NCBI GenBank assembly: GCA_964234715.1
Contig: OZ174282.1
Source: Podarcis melisellensis
Taxonomy: Eukaryota
DNA length: 64,000 bases
Reading direction: 5' to 3' (one strand)
Part shown: one piece after another, positions 1 through 12,253 of the stretch
Numbering within the stretch: position 1 is the first letter of the stretch
Layout: every line of letters starts with the position of its first letter
Notes under the pieces: generated by a model
Databases searched by the model: none
Told to the model about the DNA's origin: nothing
What the model saw: the letters and a program-made list of their open reading frames with translations, nothing else
Program-made: the position numbers and the translations under genes

Positions 1-617
1 AATTAAAATAACATGATGCCTTCAAACTGATACCTTAATTGGACATTATAAAATGACATTTAGGAAGCTGGAGCTCCGATTAGCCAATGAAGTCATCTGA
101 CTGTGAAGACACATCCCCGCGGCCCCATCAATTCCTCGTCTGACCCTTTTGACATTGAGAGAGACCCCATTTTTCATGACAGGGGAGTTACAAGGGCTTC
201 CCCAACCTTTGTAACCAAGGCTGGAGTGAGAGGGCCTACTTTTGAGGAGGAGAGCCATTGTTTCCTCATGGTACCTTCACTCATCTCTCATAACTTGTGG
301 TCCCCTCTGACCAACTCAGGTTTCTGAAGGACTATAAGAACCTAGAAGATGAAAGTCAGATGCCTGGGTTCACCACCAAAAGATAGGTTGTTCTCTTCCC
401 TTTCTTACAGGTGATTGAATATCCACAAATGGTTCAACGCGCAGACTAAGTCAACATGCATGTTGGCCAGAAACTTCATATCAGTTGCTGAGGAGCACAA
501 GTAGGAGCAAAGAAAGCTCACTTCTGCACCGCAAGTAGCCATCTGGCAGGGCTTTTCTGAACGGCTTGTATTTCCCAACGTACTTTTTTTTCTGTCCTAA
601 AACTTATTTATTACGCT

Positions 618-1142
618 TTACGCCACCTTTTCCTCCAAGGAGCTCATGGTTCTCCTTCTCCACAGTTCATGCTCACAACAACCCTGTGAGATTCGTTAGG
701 TTGAGAGATGATGACTGTCCCAAAGTCACCCAGTGGGACCTCAATGGCTAAGTGGGGAGTGGAACCCTCATCTCCCAGCCTAGTCTAACACTCTAACCCA
801 TGGGTAGGCAAACTAAGGCCCGGGGGCCGAATCCGGCCCAATCACCTTCTAAATATGGCCCGTGGACAGTCTGGGAATCAATGTGTTTTTACATGAGTAG
901 AATGTGTCCTTTTATTTAAAATGCACCTCTGGGTTATTTGTGGGGCCTGCCTGGTGTTTTTACATGAGTAGAATGTCTGCTTTTATTTAAAATGCATCTC
1001 TGGGTTATTTGTGAGGCATAGGAATTCATTCATTTTTTCCCCTTCAAAATATAGCCTGGCTCCCCACAAGGTCTGAGGAACAGTGGACCGGGCCCCTGCT
1101 GAAAAAGTTTGCTGACCCCTGCTCTAAACATTATGCCATACT
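618..1142 (-). mobile_element. Old tRNA/CORE (MIR-like, Squam3A-type) SINE, split by a hAT MITE at 799-1121
   Basis: CORE motifs ctcacaacaaccctgtgag and cccaaagtcacccag. Reverse-complement tRNA head (ctagtctaacactctaacc...) resumes after the MITE. Confidence 0.75.
799..1121. mobile_element. Non-autonomous hAT (Charlie-type) MITE, full length
   Basis: TIRs CATGGGTAGGCAAACT / AGTTTGCTGACCCCTG. 8-bp TSD ctctaacc (791-798) / ctctaaac (1122-1129). Internal ~70-bp tandem unit present twice. Confidence 0.9.
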
Positions 1143-2174
1143 ACTTATTTCCAACATCCAACATTCAACTTCAATGGGCGGTCCCTTTGGCTTCTGGCAC
1201 TGGGAGAGAGGATGTTCTCCTTAACTATCCTCTCTATCCCATGCAGAATTTTCTACACCTCTTCCACACACCCTATTCAATTGCCCTTTTCCTAAACTTA
1301 AGGACCACAAATGCTACCACCTTTCCTCATTTTGCCTTCTTTTTCCGGCAGCTTTCCCTGCTACACTATCTTTGTGTGTGTGTTAAGGATGTTACCTTAA
1401 GGAGAATTTATCCTGGTTCTGTGGCTTCCCAGCTCACTCTTTAGCCCCACTAAAGTCCTCGGAATCTTGCTGCGACTCTCCTGGAGGTAAATCTCTATCT
1501 GTCTCGGGCAAATTGCAAAACAGAGCACCTGGCTTCCACCTGACTTGGGCCGAGGCACAGACCTCCGCAGCACGTTGCAAGCAACTTTCAGTGTCTGGAA
1601 ATACAAAGAAGGATGGAGAGGTGGGAATAGCCCGTTTGCTGTTATTGCTGCCTCGCAAGCTGTCGCTGAATCCATTTGGCTAAGAAATCGCAGAAATTCT
1701 TCCACTCGGAGAATCCCCGAGAATGAAATTTAATACATCCCCTCCTCACCCCCAGCAAAAAAAAAAAAGCAGTTTCCAATTCAAAAATGCTGGCTAATGA
1801 AAAGCCAAAGCCGAGCAAACAGCAGCCCCTTGCTCAGCTCAGAAAGCGGCAGAAACGGCCCCCTGGAGGACGTGGTGAGGCAGTCACCTTTCTGCAAGGA
1901 CCATCTGTCCAAAATCACTTTCAATGTGTAATACAAGCGAGTGACTCTAAATTAGTCGAATCGAGATACTGCGTGGTGGCTGTAATTATCTTTTTTTTTT
2001 TTAATTGCTAATTTCACAATCTTAATTTACAGCTCAGCAGCAGGGTGTGTGTGTTTGTGTGTGTGTGTTCTAAATAACAAGCTTGGATGGGGGGGGGCAG
2101 GTCATATTTTATCCTGAAAACTGGAGTTTGCAACCTGGCTAGAATGTATTAGATGAGTTCTGAATTTATTTAAT

Positions 2175-2202
2175 TATGTATGTATGTATGTATGTATGTA
2201 TG
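2175..2202. repeat. (TATG)n microsatellite
   Basis: Direct reading. Confidence 0.95.
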
Positions 2203-2489
2203 AAAAATGTTGGCGTCAATAAAGTTATAAATGCTTGTGATGCCCACAATGTATTTGGCTTGCTGGGTATCCGTAACACAGAGCACGATCTGAACCCAGC
2301 CCAGAAATTACTGTAGCTCTTCCTCCTCCCCTTGCTATGCTTTGTACACTTTGGAAACAGTGATGGGTAACCATGACACTGATGGAATTTATCTGGAAGG
2401 TAAAGAGACTCCCTGGAGTGTCCATTGCTCGGAGGCTATATCTATTTTATTTTCAGTTTTTGTCTTCCTTGATTTCTTTGTGTTGATTG

Positions 2490-2730
2490 TAGGAGGCAGT
2501 GATGGCCACCATCTTGGATGGCTTCAAAAGAGGATTGGACAAGTTCATAGAGCAGAAAGCTACCAATGGCTACCAGCCACGATGGCTATCCTCTGCCTTC
2601 ATGGTTGGAGGCAGCAATGCTTCTGAATACCAGTTGCTGGAAACCACAGGAGGGCAGATGCCTCTTGTGCTTGAATCCTGCTCACGGGTTTCCCACAGGC
2701 ATCTGGATGCTGAGATAGATGGACCACTGT
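2490..2730 (+). mobile_element. CR1 LINE 3' end (ORF2 C-terminus plus 3' UTR)
   Basis: Translates ..MATILDGFKRGLDKFIEQKATNGY, a typical CR1 ORF2 C-terminus. The 3' UTR recurs about ten times in the window. Confidence 0.85.
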
Positions 2731-3058
2731 TCTTCCTACACCCTTTTCGTTGAAATGTGTGAAATTCCCAGTCCTGTCTGACTCCCGCCCTCAGCATCAA
2801 CTACATCATTAATGACCGTGTTTTCAATATGGGGAAACCCTGAATTATTCCCCCTGCCTACTCCTCATTTCATTTGCTTAAAAAGAAAGCAGTATTTCAA
2901 TAAATGGCGAAGTGGCCCTTAGATGGCATCGGAAGTTCTGAGGCCTATCCCAGGGCATGTTTATTCAAGACCACCCATTAAGTTCAATGGGAGTTACTTC
3001 CACCTCCCATGGGATTGCAATCTTCATTAGACTAGTACAGTGATGAGATCGATTAGAG

Positions 3059-3320
3059 CAGGGGTCAGGAAACTTTTTCAGCAGGGGGCCTCAGACCCTC
3101 AGACCTTATGGGGGGCTGGACTATATTTTTGGGGGGGGAAATTGAACAAATTCCTATGCCCCACAAATAACCCAGAGATGCATTTTAAATAAAGACACAC
3201 ATTCTACTCATGTAAAAACACCAGGCAGGCCCCACAAATAACCCAGAGAGGCATTTTAAATAAAAGGGCACATTCTACTTATGTAAAAACACACTGATTC
3301 CCAGACTGACCAGCCAGATG
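3059..3320. mobile_element. hAT MITE, same family as 799-1121, opposite orientation, one end truncated
   Basis: Starts CAGGGGTCAGGAAACTTTTTCAGCAGGGG. Two copies of the internal ccccacaaataacccagag...cattctactcatgtaaaaaca unit. Confidence 0.85.
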
Positions 3321-3327
3321 GGGAATA

Positions 3328-3328
3328 A

Positions 3329-3372
<44 letters not shown>

Positions 3373-3423
3373 GCCGCCTTGAGCTCCCTAGAGAAAAAGG
3401 TGGAATGTGAAGGCAATAAATAA
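3328..3423 (+). repeat. (ATT)n microsatellite followed by a MIR-like SINE tail
   Basis: (att)n, then atgccgccttgagctccctagagaaaaaggtgg...aataaataa. Confidence 0.75.
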
Positions 3424-4454
3424 GCAAAGGTTAGGCCACTATTCTGCTACCAAGTCGATCCTCACTTCCATCTGGCATTCTTCCAAAGAATGCTGGAGAA
3501 ACATATTTAAAATAATGTAAAAACCGGATCCAGCAAGGCACTTCCTCCATCTGCTGAAGCAAGAATGCAGACTCAGGATCCCTCAGCGCAGATTAGCTCT
3601 GCCTCAACTGTCAAGACAGCCTTGTAAACTCGAGATGTACGAGCGACTCATGCAAGAGACGTCAACCCATCCCTGGTCCAGGGAACAAACATTCATCCGA
3701 CTGGCTGATCTGATCGCACATGTCTTGCTCTGCTTGATGCCCTCCTCTTTGTTCGGACACCGTTTGGGGCCAGTCTCATCGCTCTCTCAATTTTCCTTTA
3801 TCTGTAACGAGGCATCAGCAAACCTTTCTGCCAAAGAATTGTACAAGGATCATTAAAAGGAAAATGTCCATGGTAATTGTTCTTTTTTGCATATCCTTCC
3901 TCCAATATCCCTGAAACATAATAACGTTCCACATTTCTGAAGAACTGTCTCTTCAGCATGTTTCCGCATTACGCCTAATTTTCTACGAGATTTTTTTCCA
4001 GGCCCTCATAACGACACAGTTCAATGCAAAATCAGATATAAATCTGGCTTAAGAGACTCTCGGCAGGAATTCATTTAAAACTGTAAATGTTAAAAGATTC
4101 AGCCTCTGATTTATGGTGGAGAGGGATCCCCCCCTTCCCATTTCAAACAGGGAATTAAAATGCTTTCTGGAAAAAAAAGAAAAGAAGAAGAAGATGCACA
4201 TTAAATCATTGCCAAAATTATGTTAAGAGTGATTGTGCTGGGACCTATCAGAGCTACAAGAGACCGAAACTCAGTTCCTTTGAAGATGGGCAGCTCTGTG
4301 AAATGCCCCCCTCCACTACCACTGTCATTCATGTTGCTGTTGTTGTTGTTGTTAATGTCCCACACTTAACCATAAGGTCCCAAGCCTGGTTACAATATTA
4401 AAACACAGTAAAGATAAACTTAACACACTATGATGGCCCTTTATCTCACATGTC

Positions 4455-5190
4455 AACAACTTGGGACCAGTTTACCTATGAGACCACCTGGCCACTTGAC
4501 CACTTCAGCTAGTGGAATTTGCACTACTACCGGTGCCGCATGATACCCATTCTGCATTTGTAATAACTTGATCTGCTTCAGCATCTCACCAGTCCTTGCA
4601 GTGGCTAACCGGATGCCCATGGGAAACTAGCAAGCAGGAGGATGAGGATGCAAGCATTCATCTTGCTTGTGATCGCTGGCAGCAACTGGCATTCAGAGGC
4701 TCACCAACCCTGGAGATGGAACACAGCCATCAGGGCTAGAATTATCCTTCTTGAATTTGCCTTCTAAAGCCATCCAACTTGGTGGCCATCGCTGCCTCTT
4801 GTGTCAGCAAACCCTGCAAATTCATGACGGGTTGTGTGAAGAAGTTGGGTTGTGTCTTAACTCAGCACGGAGCACTAAAGACAGTCTCTCTTTTCCTGTA
4901 AGAATACAGACGTACATTTTGGAAGAGCTCAGTCTTTTAGTATGGCAGCAGCTGCACTTTGGAACTCCCTGCCTATTGATATCAGACAGGCGCCTCCGCT
5001 GCATTATTTTTGGTACCTGCTAAAAGCATTTCTGTTTGGACAAGCCCAACCAGATGCTTAGAAAGTTGATGTGGAACTTTAACCTGTTTTACTATTTTAA
5101 CTTTGTGTATGTTTTAAACTCTTGCTTGTCGATTTCTCTTGCTTTTGTTGCTTTAACTTTTTCATAAAGCACTCTGAGGGTTCTTTTTAT
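4455..5190 (+). mobile_element. Degenerate L2 LINE 3' fragment, interrupted by a CR1 fragment
   Basis: L2-like motifs (ctttggaactccctgcctattgatatcagacaggc...ctgctaaaagcatttctgttt) and an AT-rich tail. Confidence 0.55.
4580..4860 (-). mobile_element. CR1 3' end fragment
   Basis: Reverse complement of the 2490-2730 element (cagcaactggcattcagagg, aaagccatccaacttggtggccatc). Confidence 0.75.
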
Positions 5191-5196
5191 AAAGCT

Positions 5197-5402
5197 CAGT
5201 GAGTGACCTTGGACCAGTCACCATCTCTCAGCCTAACCTACCTCACAGGGCTGTTGTGAGGATGGAAAGGAGGAAGAGAACCATGTTACACCAGCTTGGT
5301 TCCCTTGGGGGGAAAGGTGGTATACTATATCAGTGTAATATAAATAAATATAAAATAAATAAATATAAATATAAATATAAATATAAATATAAATATAAAT
5401 AA
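5197..5402 (+). mobile_element. MIR-like/Squam3A SINE 3' part with (TATAAA)n tail
   Basis: gtgaccttgg...ctctcagcctaacctacctcacagggctgttgtgagg CORE motif, then the hexamer repeat. Confidence 0.75.
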
Positions 5403-6609
5403 TAGATTGTCCTTTGGCCTCATCCAGCTGCAGGGATCTCGCCTTAAGCTCACACTCTGACTCACACACAAAATAAGGGCCTTGTAACAACAGGAAATGG
5501 AGGAGAGAGGGAGGTGAAGGCTTCATCTTGAGAACTTCCATTAGATCAGCTGGACCTGGCTCTGCCCCACGTCCAGAAGAAGTGACCCCTCTGAAATCCA
5601 AACAAGATGCTGGAAAAGCACCATCTGCTCTCTCTCTGCTGTGACGGAAACCAGCCTCTTCCTTTGCCGTTCTCGTCCCCAGCTCTCTGCCTGCAAAGCC
5701 ACAAGCATTAGCTTCCCTCCTAATGCGCCCTAATGCACTGGCTTGTTTCAAGGGAAGGGTGGTAAAAGGCAGGAAGGAGGCGGCCTGGGTGGAGCCTGAC
5801 CACAAGGGCTACAAAACCTCGGTGTTAACAGTTTTTACGCTTGTTTTCAAAAGAAAACTATTACACGAAGCTCTTGATAGATTTAATGAATATGGAGGGC
5901 CCATTAGCGGCCGTTGTATAAGCACATATTAAAGCAGCTCTTAAAATGTATGCTGTTTACAAGGCTAAACCATAATGGCGCCGAAGGGGCCATTATAACC
6001 AGACACTCATATAATCCCGGATCCATACAATTCCGCCAGCTACCATCTCTCCTGAGCAGATGCCATTTGAAAACCAGCAAGGAGTCACAAGGAAGGCCAA
6101 GCCATTGAGTCCGAGAGAGGATCTTCATGGTCCAGATCCTGCTCTGTCCAGTACATGAAGCCTTCTGGTACGGCGGCGCATGGGATGGTTTGAGGGAGAG
6201 AACCATGCATCCCAAAGGAAATTCCCCCCCCCCCAATGCAAGAGAGTGGGGAAGGTGTGTTTTGACAGAAGTTTCCATCAAATGGTGCACTGTCTAGATG
6301 CTGATGGATTACAACCCCCCATGAGCATCACCAAAGGTCAGGGATCACGCCCTAAAAATGCACCGGCGTAAGCAAGAACTTCCAAGTGCTCCCAAGCACA
6401 GGTGATGCTAAAAACAACTCTTCTTGGGGGGATATTGTATGCTGAATGGAGCCACGGCAGAGAAGGTGCAATGAAGCACGGCTGCCTGGGATTCAGACTC
6501 AGACAGAGGTCAGTGAAAAGCACTGGAGCACCCAAAATCCAGAGACAGCAGGAGTGGGCCCATCACACCACAGCCAGGTGGATAAAGCACACTCAGCTAG
6601 TGGCCAGGT

Positions 6610-6958
6610 AAGAACCTAAGAACACAAGAAGAGCCTTGCTGGATCACCCAATGGCCCACATAGGCAAACTCTGGCCCTCTGGATGTTTGGGACTACAATT
6701 CCCATCATCCCTAGCTAACAGGACCAGTGGTCAGGGATGATGGGAATTGTCGTCCCAAACACCTGGAGGGCCGGAGTTTGCCTATGCCTGATTGAGCCTA
6801 ACATCCTGTCCTCACAGTGACCACCTAGATGCCCCAGGAGGAAACCTTCAAGCAGGACTCAAGCACAAGAGCCTTCTCCCCTCCTGTGGTTTCCTGAAAC
6901 TGGTATTTAGAAGCACTACTGCCTCTGGCCATGGAGGCAGAGCAAAGCCATCATGGCA
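6610..6958 (-). mobile_element. CR1 3' UTR fragment, interrupted by a palindromic MITE
   Basis: taagaac...gagccttgctggatc...catcctgtcctcacagtg...ctggtatttagaagcact, the same family as the other copies. Confidence 0.75.
6659..6790. mobile_element. Palindromic hAT-derived MITE (~135 bp)
   Basis: Near-perfect inverted arms (ggcaaactc..ggactacaattcccatcatccct / agggatgatgggaattgt..gagtttgcctatgcctg). Matches the copy at 45942-46077. Confidence 0.85.
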
Positions 6959-7229
6959 ACAGATCAGCATTAGCGAGAAGGCTGGTGTTGACCCCTACAG
7001 TTGGGCAACAGCATTCCATAGTGAGCAAGTTACTCCAAAGCCTAGATCAAAATTGCAACTCTCGGTAAGAGAGCCTCATAATTGGGGGGGGGGGAGTATG
7101 TAAGAAAAATAAACAGAACCTTGATGGATGGGAGGGGGAGTCTGGACAAAACCAGGCACTGGGTGCTGGAAGATCAGCAGAAGAGTCTGGATGCTGCATC
7201 AGGATTATATGGGTTAAACCCTTGAAGTA

Positions 7230-7584
7230 AGGTAAAGGTAAAGGGACCCCTGACCGTTAGGTCCAGTCGTGGACGACGTTAGGGTTGCGGTGCTCATCTC
7301 GCTTTATTGGCCGAGGGAGCTGGCGTACAGCTTCTGGGTCATATGGCCAGCATGACTAAGCCACTTCTGGCGAACCAGAGCAGCACACAGAAACGCCGTT
7401 TACCTTCCCGCCGGAGCAGTACCTATTTATCTACTTGCACTTTGACGTGCTTTCAAACTGCTAGGTTGGCAGGAGCAGGGACCGAGCAATGGGAGCTCAC
7501 CCCGTCGTGGGGATTCAAACCGCCGACCTTCTGATTGGCAAGTCCTAGGTTCTGTGGTTTAACCCACAGTGACACCCGCGTCCC
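7230..7584 (-). mobile_element. Sauria SINE (Squam1), full length
   Basis: Head GGGACGCGGGTG at 7584 (minus strand) and (ACCTTT)n tail. Perfect 14-bp TSD aaacccttgaagta (7216-7229 / 7585-7598). Confidence 0.95.
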
Positions 7585-9517
7585 AAACCCTTGAAGTAGG
7601 TTTGCTTAAAGGAGCCACAGGAGGAGAGAGAGCTCTTGTGCTCGGGTCCTCCTTGAGGCTTTCTCAGAAGAGTCATCTGGTTGGCCACTGTGAGAGCAGG
7701 ATGCTGGACTAGATGGGCTCCCCTCTGACCTGATCCAGCAGGACTCATCTCATGTCCTTCCACTCCCTTTTCCTCCAAATGCCTCAAAATTAAGAAGAGC
7801 ACTCCTCCTCCTTCCTACAGCTTCATCAGGAGAGATCAAAGCCTTTCACATACATTATCTCCATAATCTTTTGACCCTTGGCTGCCCTCTCAGTGGAATA
7901 ATATGAGCCAACAACCTCGCAAAATCCTTCTTCATAACCTCCCCCCATCCCCAACACACAGAGAGTATAAATAAGTCCATTACAAAGGCAATTAAATACA
8001 TCTTGCTTTCAGCACAAAGGATGAAAGTCGGGGGGAATTCAACCAAGTTGCAGAGCGGCAACGGGGGGGGGGGGAGGCTCACAAAATAAGAAAGAGCTTT
8101 TCTTGAAGAAAAGACGCAAAAGCCAAAATTCCCTGTGAATACTAAGGCGACGAAGGAAAACCTCTGCATTCCCGTAATGACAACACACCACACTTTATGG
8201 CTCAGAGTTGAACCCAGAGGCCTTTTTGCTGCTGAGCCTTGTGTCAGGAAACAACCAGACAGTCCCAAATGGTGAAGCAAAACTAAAAAGGGCCTCTGTC
8301 TTTCGTCAGCCCTTCTCTTTGCAGTTTTCTCAGGGAATACAGAGCCAAGCACCTGCCTGCAAGGATATTCTCAAGATCTGCGCTCAAGTGCTTGCAGCTT
8401 CCCTGAAAAGCATCCAGCAGGTCTCTCTTGCCCTTTGCCAAACCCTTTCGGGTCTTCTTCTGATCCCATCCCTATCTCTCCTCCACACACGTCACCACAA
8501 CTTGTCTTTTTTCCAGTGGTGAAAAAAGGCTACAGAGGGAGATACAGCTTCAAATTCATTGGGGACTCTCTAGGCAAGGAGGGCAGCCAGGAATGCCAGC
8601 CGACACAATGCCCCCTCAGCACAAGAGGCATTTGTTACTTCATTTATTCATTGGTGGGCCATTCCATAACCTCAAGTTTTCTGGGAAAGTTGCAATAATT
8701 AAGTATTTTTTAAAAAACTGAAATGCAAAGTAAGGCATCAAGCCATGAGCACAGATGCAAAGAAAGCAAAAAGCCCACTGCATCTGTTCATTCAGAGCTG
8801 CCCAGACTTTGACCAATGATGGCCAAGGCCTGGTGGAACATAGAGGTCTTCTCCACCAGCCACTGAAAGGATGACAAAGATGGTGCCAGGTGAACCTCCC
8901 TAGGGAGGCTATTCTCCACAACTGAAATGCACCACTTTATTTGAGAAGACCCCCAGGTGACACTCTGGCAGGCCTACGCACACCAAGGAACTTGGGCAGA
9001 ACACGAGAGGAGGATAGACTCATGGGAGGATAAATGGCAAACTCCATCCTTGAGCCTAAGAAAAGAGCAAGTCGTCTTCTTTTGTTTTGTTTTTTAAAGG
9101 CAGGGAGAGCTCTTTTAGGTCAGGTTGGGAGAAGGTGGCTAACAAATGCTGATTAATGTACAAGATCAGGCTCCTCTGCAACTCATTACGCCCACGGCTG
9201 CCATGAAATCGCCCTCTCCTTTACAATTTCATGCAGGACATAAAAGCGAAAATATTTTTGGCTTGCGTAAGTAGCAGGCTATGAATATTAAAGCAGGCCC
9301 CTATTACTAATTCAATGCCATTCATTTTAAGGAGACACGGAGGAGGCAACGCCTTCCCCAAGCTCCCTTCCCATTCCTTGCCCTGGAAGGAACGCTGCTT
9401 ACCAGCCCTTCCCCATCTGGAATTCCCCAATCCAAAAGCTCGCCCTACTAACCTGTGAATGGTTTCAAGATTTTGCAAACAAAATGCTGCAACATTCGCA
9501 CGTAAGCAACAACGGTG

Positions 9518-9776
9518 GAAGAAGAAGAAGAGAATAAGAATTTGGATTTGATATCCCGCTTTATCACTACCCGAAGAGTCTCAAAGTGGATAACATTCTC
9601 CTTTCCCTTCCTCCCCCACAACAAACACTCTGTGAGGTGAGTGGGGCTGAGAGACTTCAGAGAAGTGTGACTAGCCCAAGGTCACCCAGCAGCTGCATGT
9701 GAAGGAGCGGAGACGCGAACCCGGTTCACCAGATTACGAGTCCACCGCTCTTAACCACTACACCACACTGGCTCTC
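9518..9776 (-). mobile_element. Young lacertid tRNA-CORE SINE (Squam3B-type)
   Basis: Head gagagccagtgtggtgtagtggttaagagcgg with A/B boxes and (CTT)n tail. Highly similar to four other copies here. Confidence 0.9.
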
Positions 9777-10239
9777 AGAAGCCTGGGGGCAGGGGCATGT
9801 GTGGATATTTGCTCTCTTACCGAGCTGAATGTTATGGGAAGGTGCGTGGAAGAGTAGCCTTGGTTCAGCTCCACCTGTGTGACCCCTCACTTCCCTAAAA
9901 TTGAAGCTGAAACCTGAAAAGACAGAGGTGTTCCACGTTCTTACATCTGGGAGATAGGAAGACAGCCTATTCTGGAAGGAGCAGGTCTCTAGCTTGTGGG
10001 TGCTACCATACCCAACACTCTCATGGGAGGCTCAGGCGGCCTCAGGCAGCTCAGAGATGTGGGAGGGATGGGGGCGAGGGGGGTTATTGGTTTGTTCTTG
10101 TTCTTATTATGTATTTTGTATTTTTATGTTGTGAACTGCACTGAGATCTATGGATGGAGAGTGGTATACAAATTTAATAAATAAAACTAACTAATTAACT
10201 CAATCACTCACTCACTCAATCAATCCATCAATCAATCAA

Positions 10240-10996
10240 TATGACTTGGCTATTGTACTCCACACTTCCAGACAGGATTACTACAGTGCACTGTACGTAG
10301 GACTGCCCTTGAAGATGACTTGGAAACTTCGGACTCAGCTCCCTTAGTCAAAAGACAATGTTTTGAACATGTTATAAATGTGCAACACCAGATAGCACTG
10401 GAGAGTAAAAAAAAAAAAATCTATGAGATTTTTACGTAAACACACACACACATATATATATATCAATTTAATTTCTAACTTATTTATAGCAGTTTTTCCT
10501 GTGTGTAGATCCACCCTTCAACCGCTCCAAATTGCAGCAACCAGATTACTGACTGGGTTATTGTATAAACCCAGTTTAAAAACAGTTCCGCTGGTTGCCA
10601 GTCCATCACCAGGGCTTAATTCAAGGGCTGAATATGCCTTAGGCCCCAAATAGGCCCCCCAAAGGCCACCTCCTTCCCTACAGATCCCCATGGGTGATAA
10701 CAGCAGCAGAAAGTGCCCTCTTGGAGGTTCCACTGCCCTCAGAGAAAGGGTGGAGTGACCCAGGACCGCAGCATCCCTGAGGCAGCCCCTCCTCCGCACA
10801 GAGGTGTGTCTGGCAATTTCATCACACAGTTTTTTGCAAATGATGAAGATGCACCTCAGTAGCCTGCCCTTTGACACATGAGATTGTATATATATTTGGA
10901 CCCACTCTAGTTGTTCTTGAGATTTGTCTGAAACTGGTCTTAATGCTGTATTTTGTATGGCTGTAACCTGCCCTGGAGCCTTTTGGTGAAGGGCAC

Positions 10997-11054
<58 letters not shown>
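10240..11054 (+). mobile_element. Fragmented L2 LINE 3' region ending in (AAT)n
   Basis: 10270-10330 encodes a DYYSALYVGLPLKMTWKL-like L2 ORF2 motif. 10515-10900 has L2-like LxWLPV remnants. (aat)n at 11000-11054. Confidence 0.6.
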
Positions 11055-11055
<1 letters not shown>

Positions 11056-11972
11056 GCAGCAGCTGTACAACTCTAATTCCCCAGCATACATTGCCAGCAT
11101 GTGGGAAGGAGCCAAGTTCTGCTTCCCTCTATTTTCTATGGGCTTTATTCCTGGTCCTGTTCAGCCTCCCCTCCTTCCTGGCAACAGACACTACGGGATA
11201 ATCATCGGCCTTGCTTCCAGCTTTCTGCTGTCACAGTATATCCCCAACACAACAGCTCATGCAAGAGGAAGAGTTTCCAAAGGTTAAGCACTAGATAAAT
11301 GTTCTGAGGTTCTCTACACTCCGTAAACGGTTGCTTTTGATTATTGCAAAGGGGGGAGAGGGAGGGGGAGCCAAGCCTGCCTCCAACATCTGTCCACCAG
11401 TGCTTCTGGCAAGACTCAAAGAGGTGCCCATGGCGAGAGCCGTCTCCAAATCAGCCGATCTGGTTCCAGTTCAGTGGGGACCCCGGTTCCATCCTGCTGG
11501 ATTCTGCTGTCACATTTTTCACTGTCGCGGCCGGGCTGAAACACCATTCATCATTACCATTACCAAAAAGAGGACAAGGGGGTGGGGAAAGAGAGAGAGA
11601 GAGAGAAAGAAGGAAGGAAGGAAGGAAACCCACCAGCAATCAGATCTCTGTTCCATCCAGCTGGGGCTTTTAACTCTGGGCAGCCCAGCAGGGAGGTGGC
11701 CACAGGGTGGCTTATTGGAAGGGCTGTTTCTGAATGGAAATCAGTCATTACTGAAGGGAACCAGATGTCTCAAACTGGGGGTACTGAATGCGTGCAGCCC
11801 CTCTGAAACCACCACTACCAAAGCACACATCATTACCGTACATTAGACAGGGGGTGGGTGGGAATATCTGTACCCTGGAAGGTGTTCACACATGTCCAGG
11901 CACAAGCAATATGTCTCTCTATGGGTCCTGAGCAACTTTCCCCATATCAGCCAGCTGTTTCAGGGTGCTCTC

Positions 11973-12107
11973 CATGTTCATAGCCAAGGGGGGCAGGGAG
12001 GGGCAGCTGCCACCCTAAATCAATAAAAATCCATAGCTAACTGAGGTTCTGCCCCCCCCAACAAAAGGCCTGCCCTCCCCCAACACAAATCCAGGCTAAG
12101 CCCATTG
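11973..12107. mobile_element. Short non-autonomous DNA transposon (hAT-like MITE)
   Basis: Degenerate TIRs catgttcatagcc / ggctaagcccattg. Flanks gtgctctc / gtaccctc (6 of 8 match). Confidence 0.55.
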
Positions 12108-12253
12108 GTACCCTCCATGTGTCATAACTCCAACTTGGGATTGGGGGCTTGCTGCTGCTCATGCGTTGATGGTGGTTGAGAGGGGAGTGGGGTGTGTGTG
12201 TTCTCTGCTTTCATGCATCCACTATGGAAGTGAAATTTTTCAAGACTAAGGAA

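Noticed and set aside
53-100. Short frame MTFRKLELRLANEVI* (and VIEYPQMVQRAD* after the acceptor at 410) as terminal coding exons
   Set aside because: No polypyrimidine tract for the first, peptides unrecognised, and no supporting upstream exons.
880-1020. CRISPR-like repeat-spacer pattern
   Set aside because: Eukaryotic DNA. The repeats are MITE-internal tandem units with no unique spacers or cas genes.
5233-5805. Longest ORF (190 aa, minus strand)
   Set aside because: Runs through a (TATAAA)n microsatellite and a SINE, and resembles no protein.
6085-6170. Minus-strand peptide EGFMYWTEQDLDHEDPLSDSMAWPSL* as a last exon
   Set aside because: Looks protein-like but has a weak acceptor and no recognisable family or partner exons. 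A tBLASTn/BLASTX search would settle it.
7307-7534. Recurrent ORF family MAEGAGVQLPGHVASMTKPLLANQSS.. (several copies)
   Set aside because: Antisense reading of Sauria SINEs, not a gene family.
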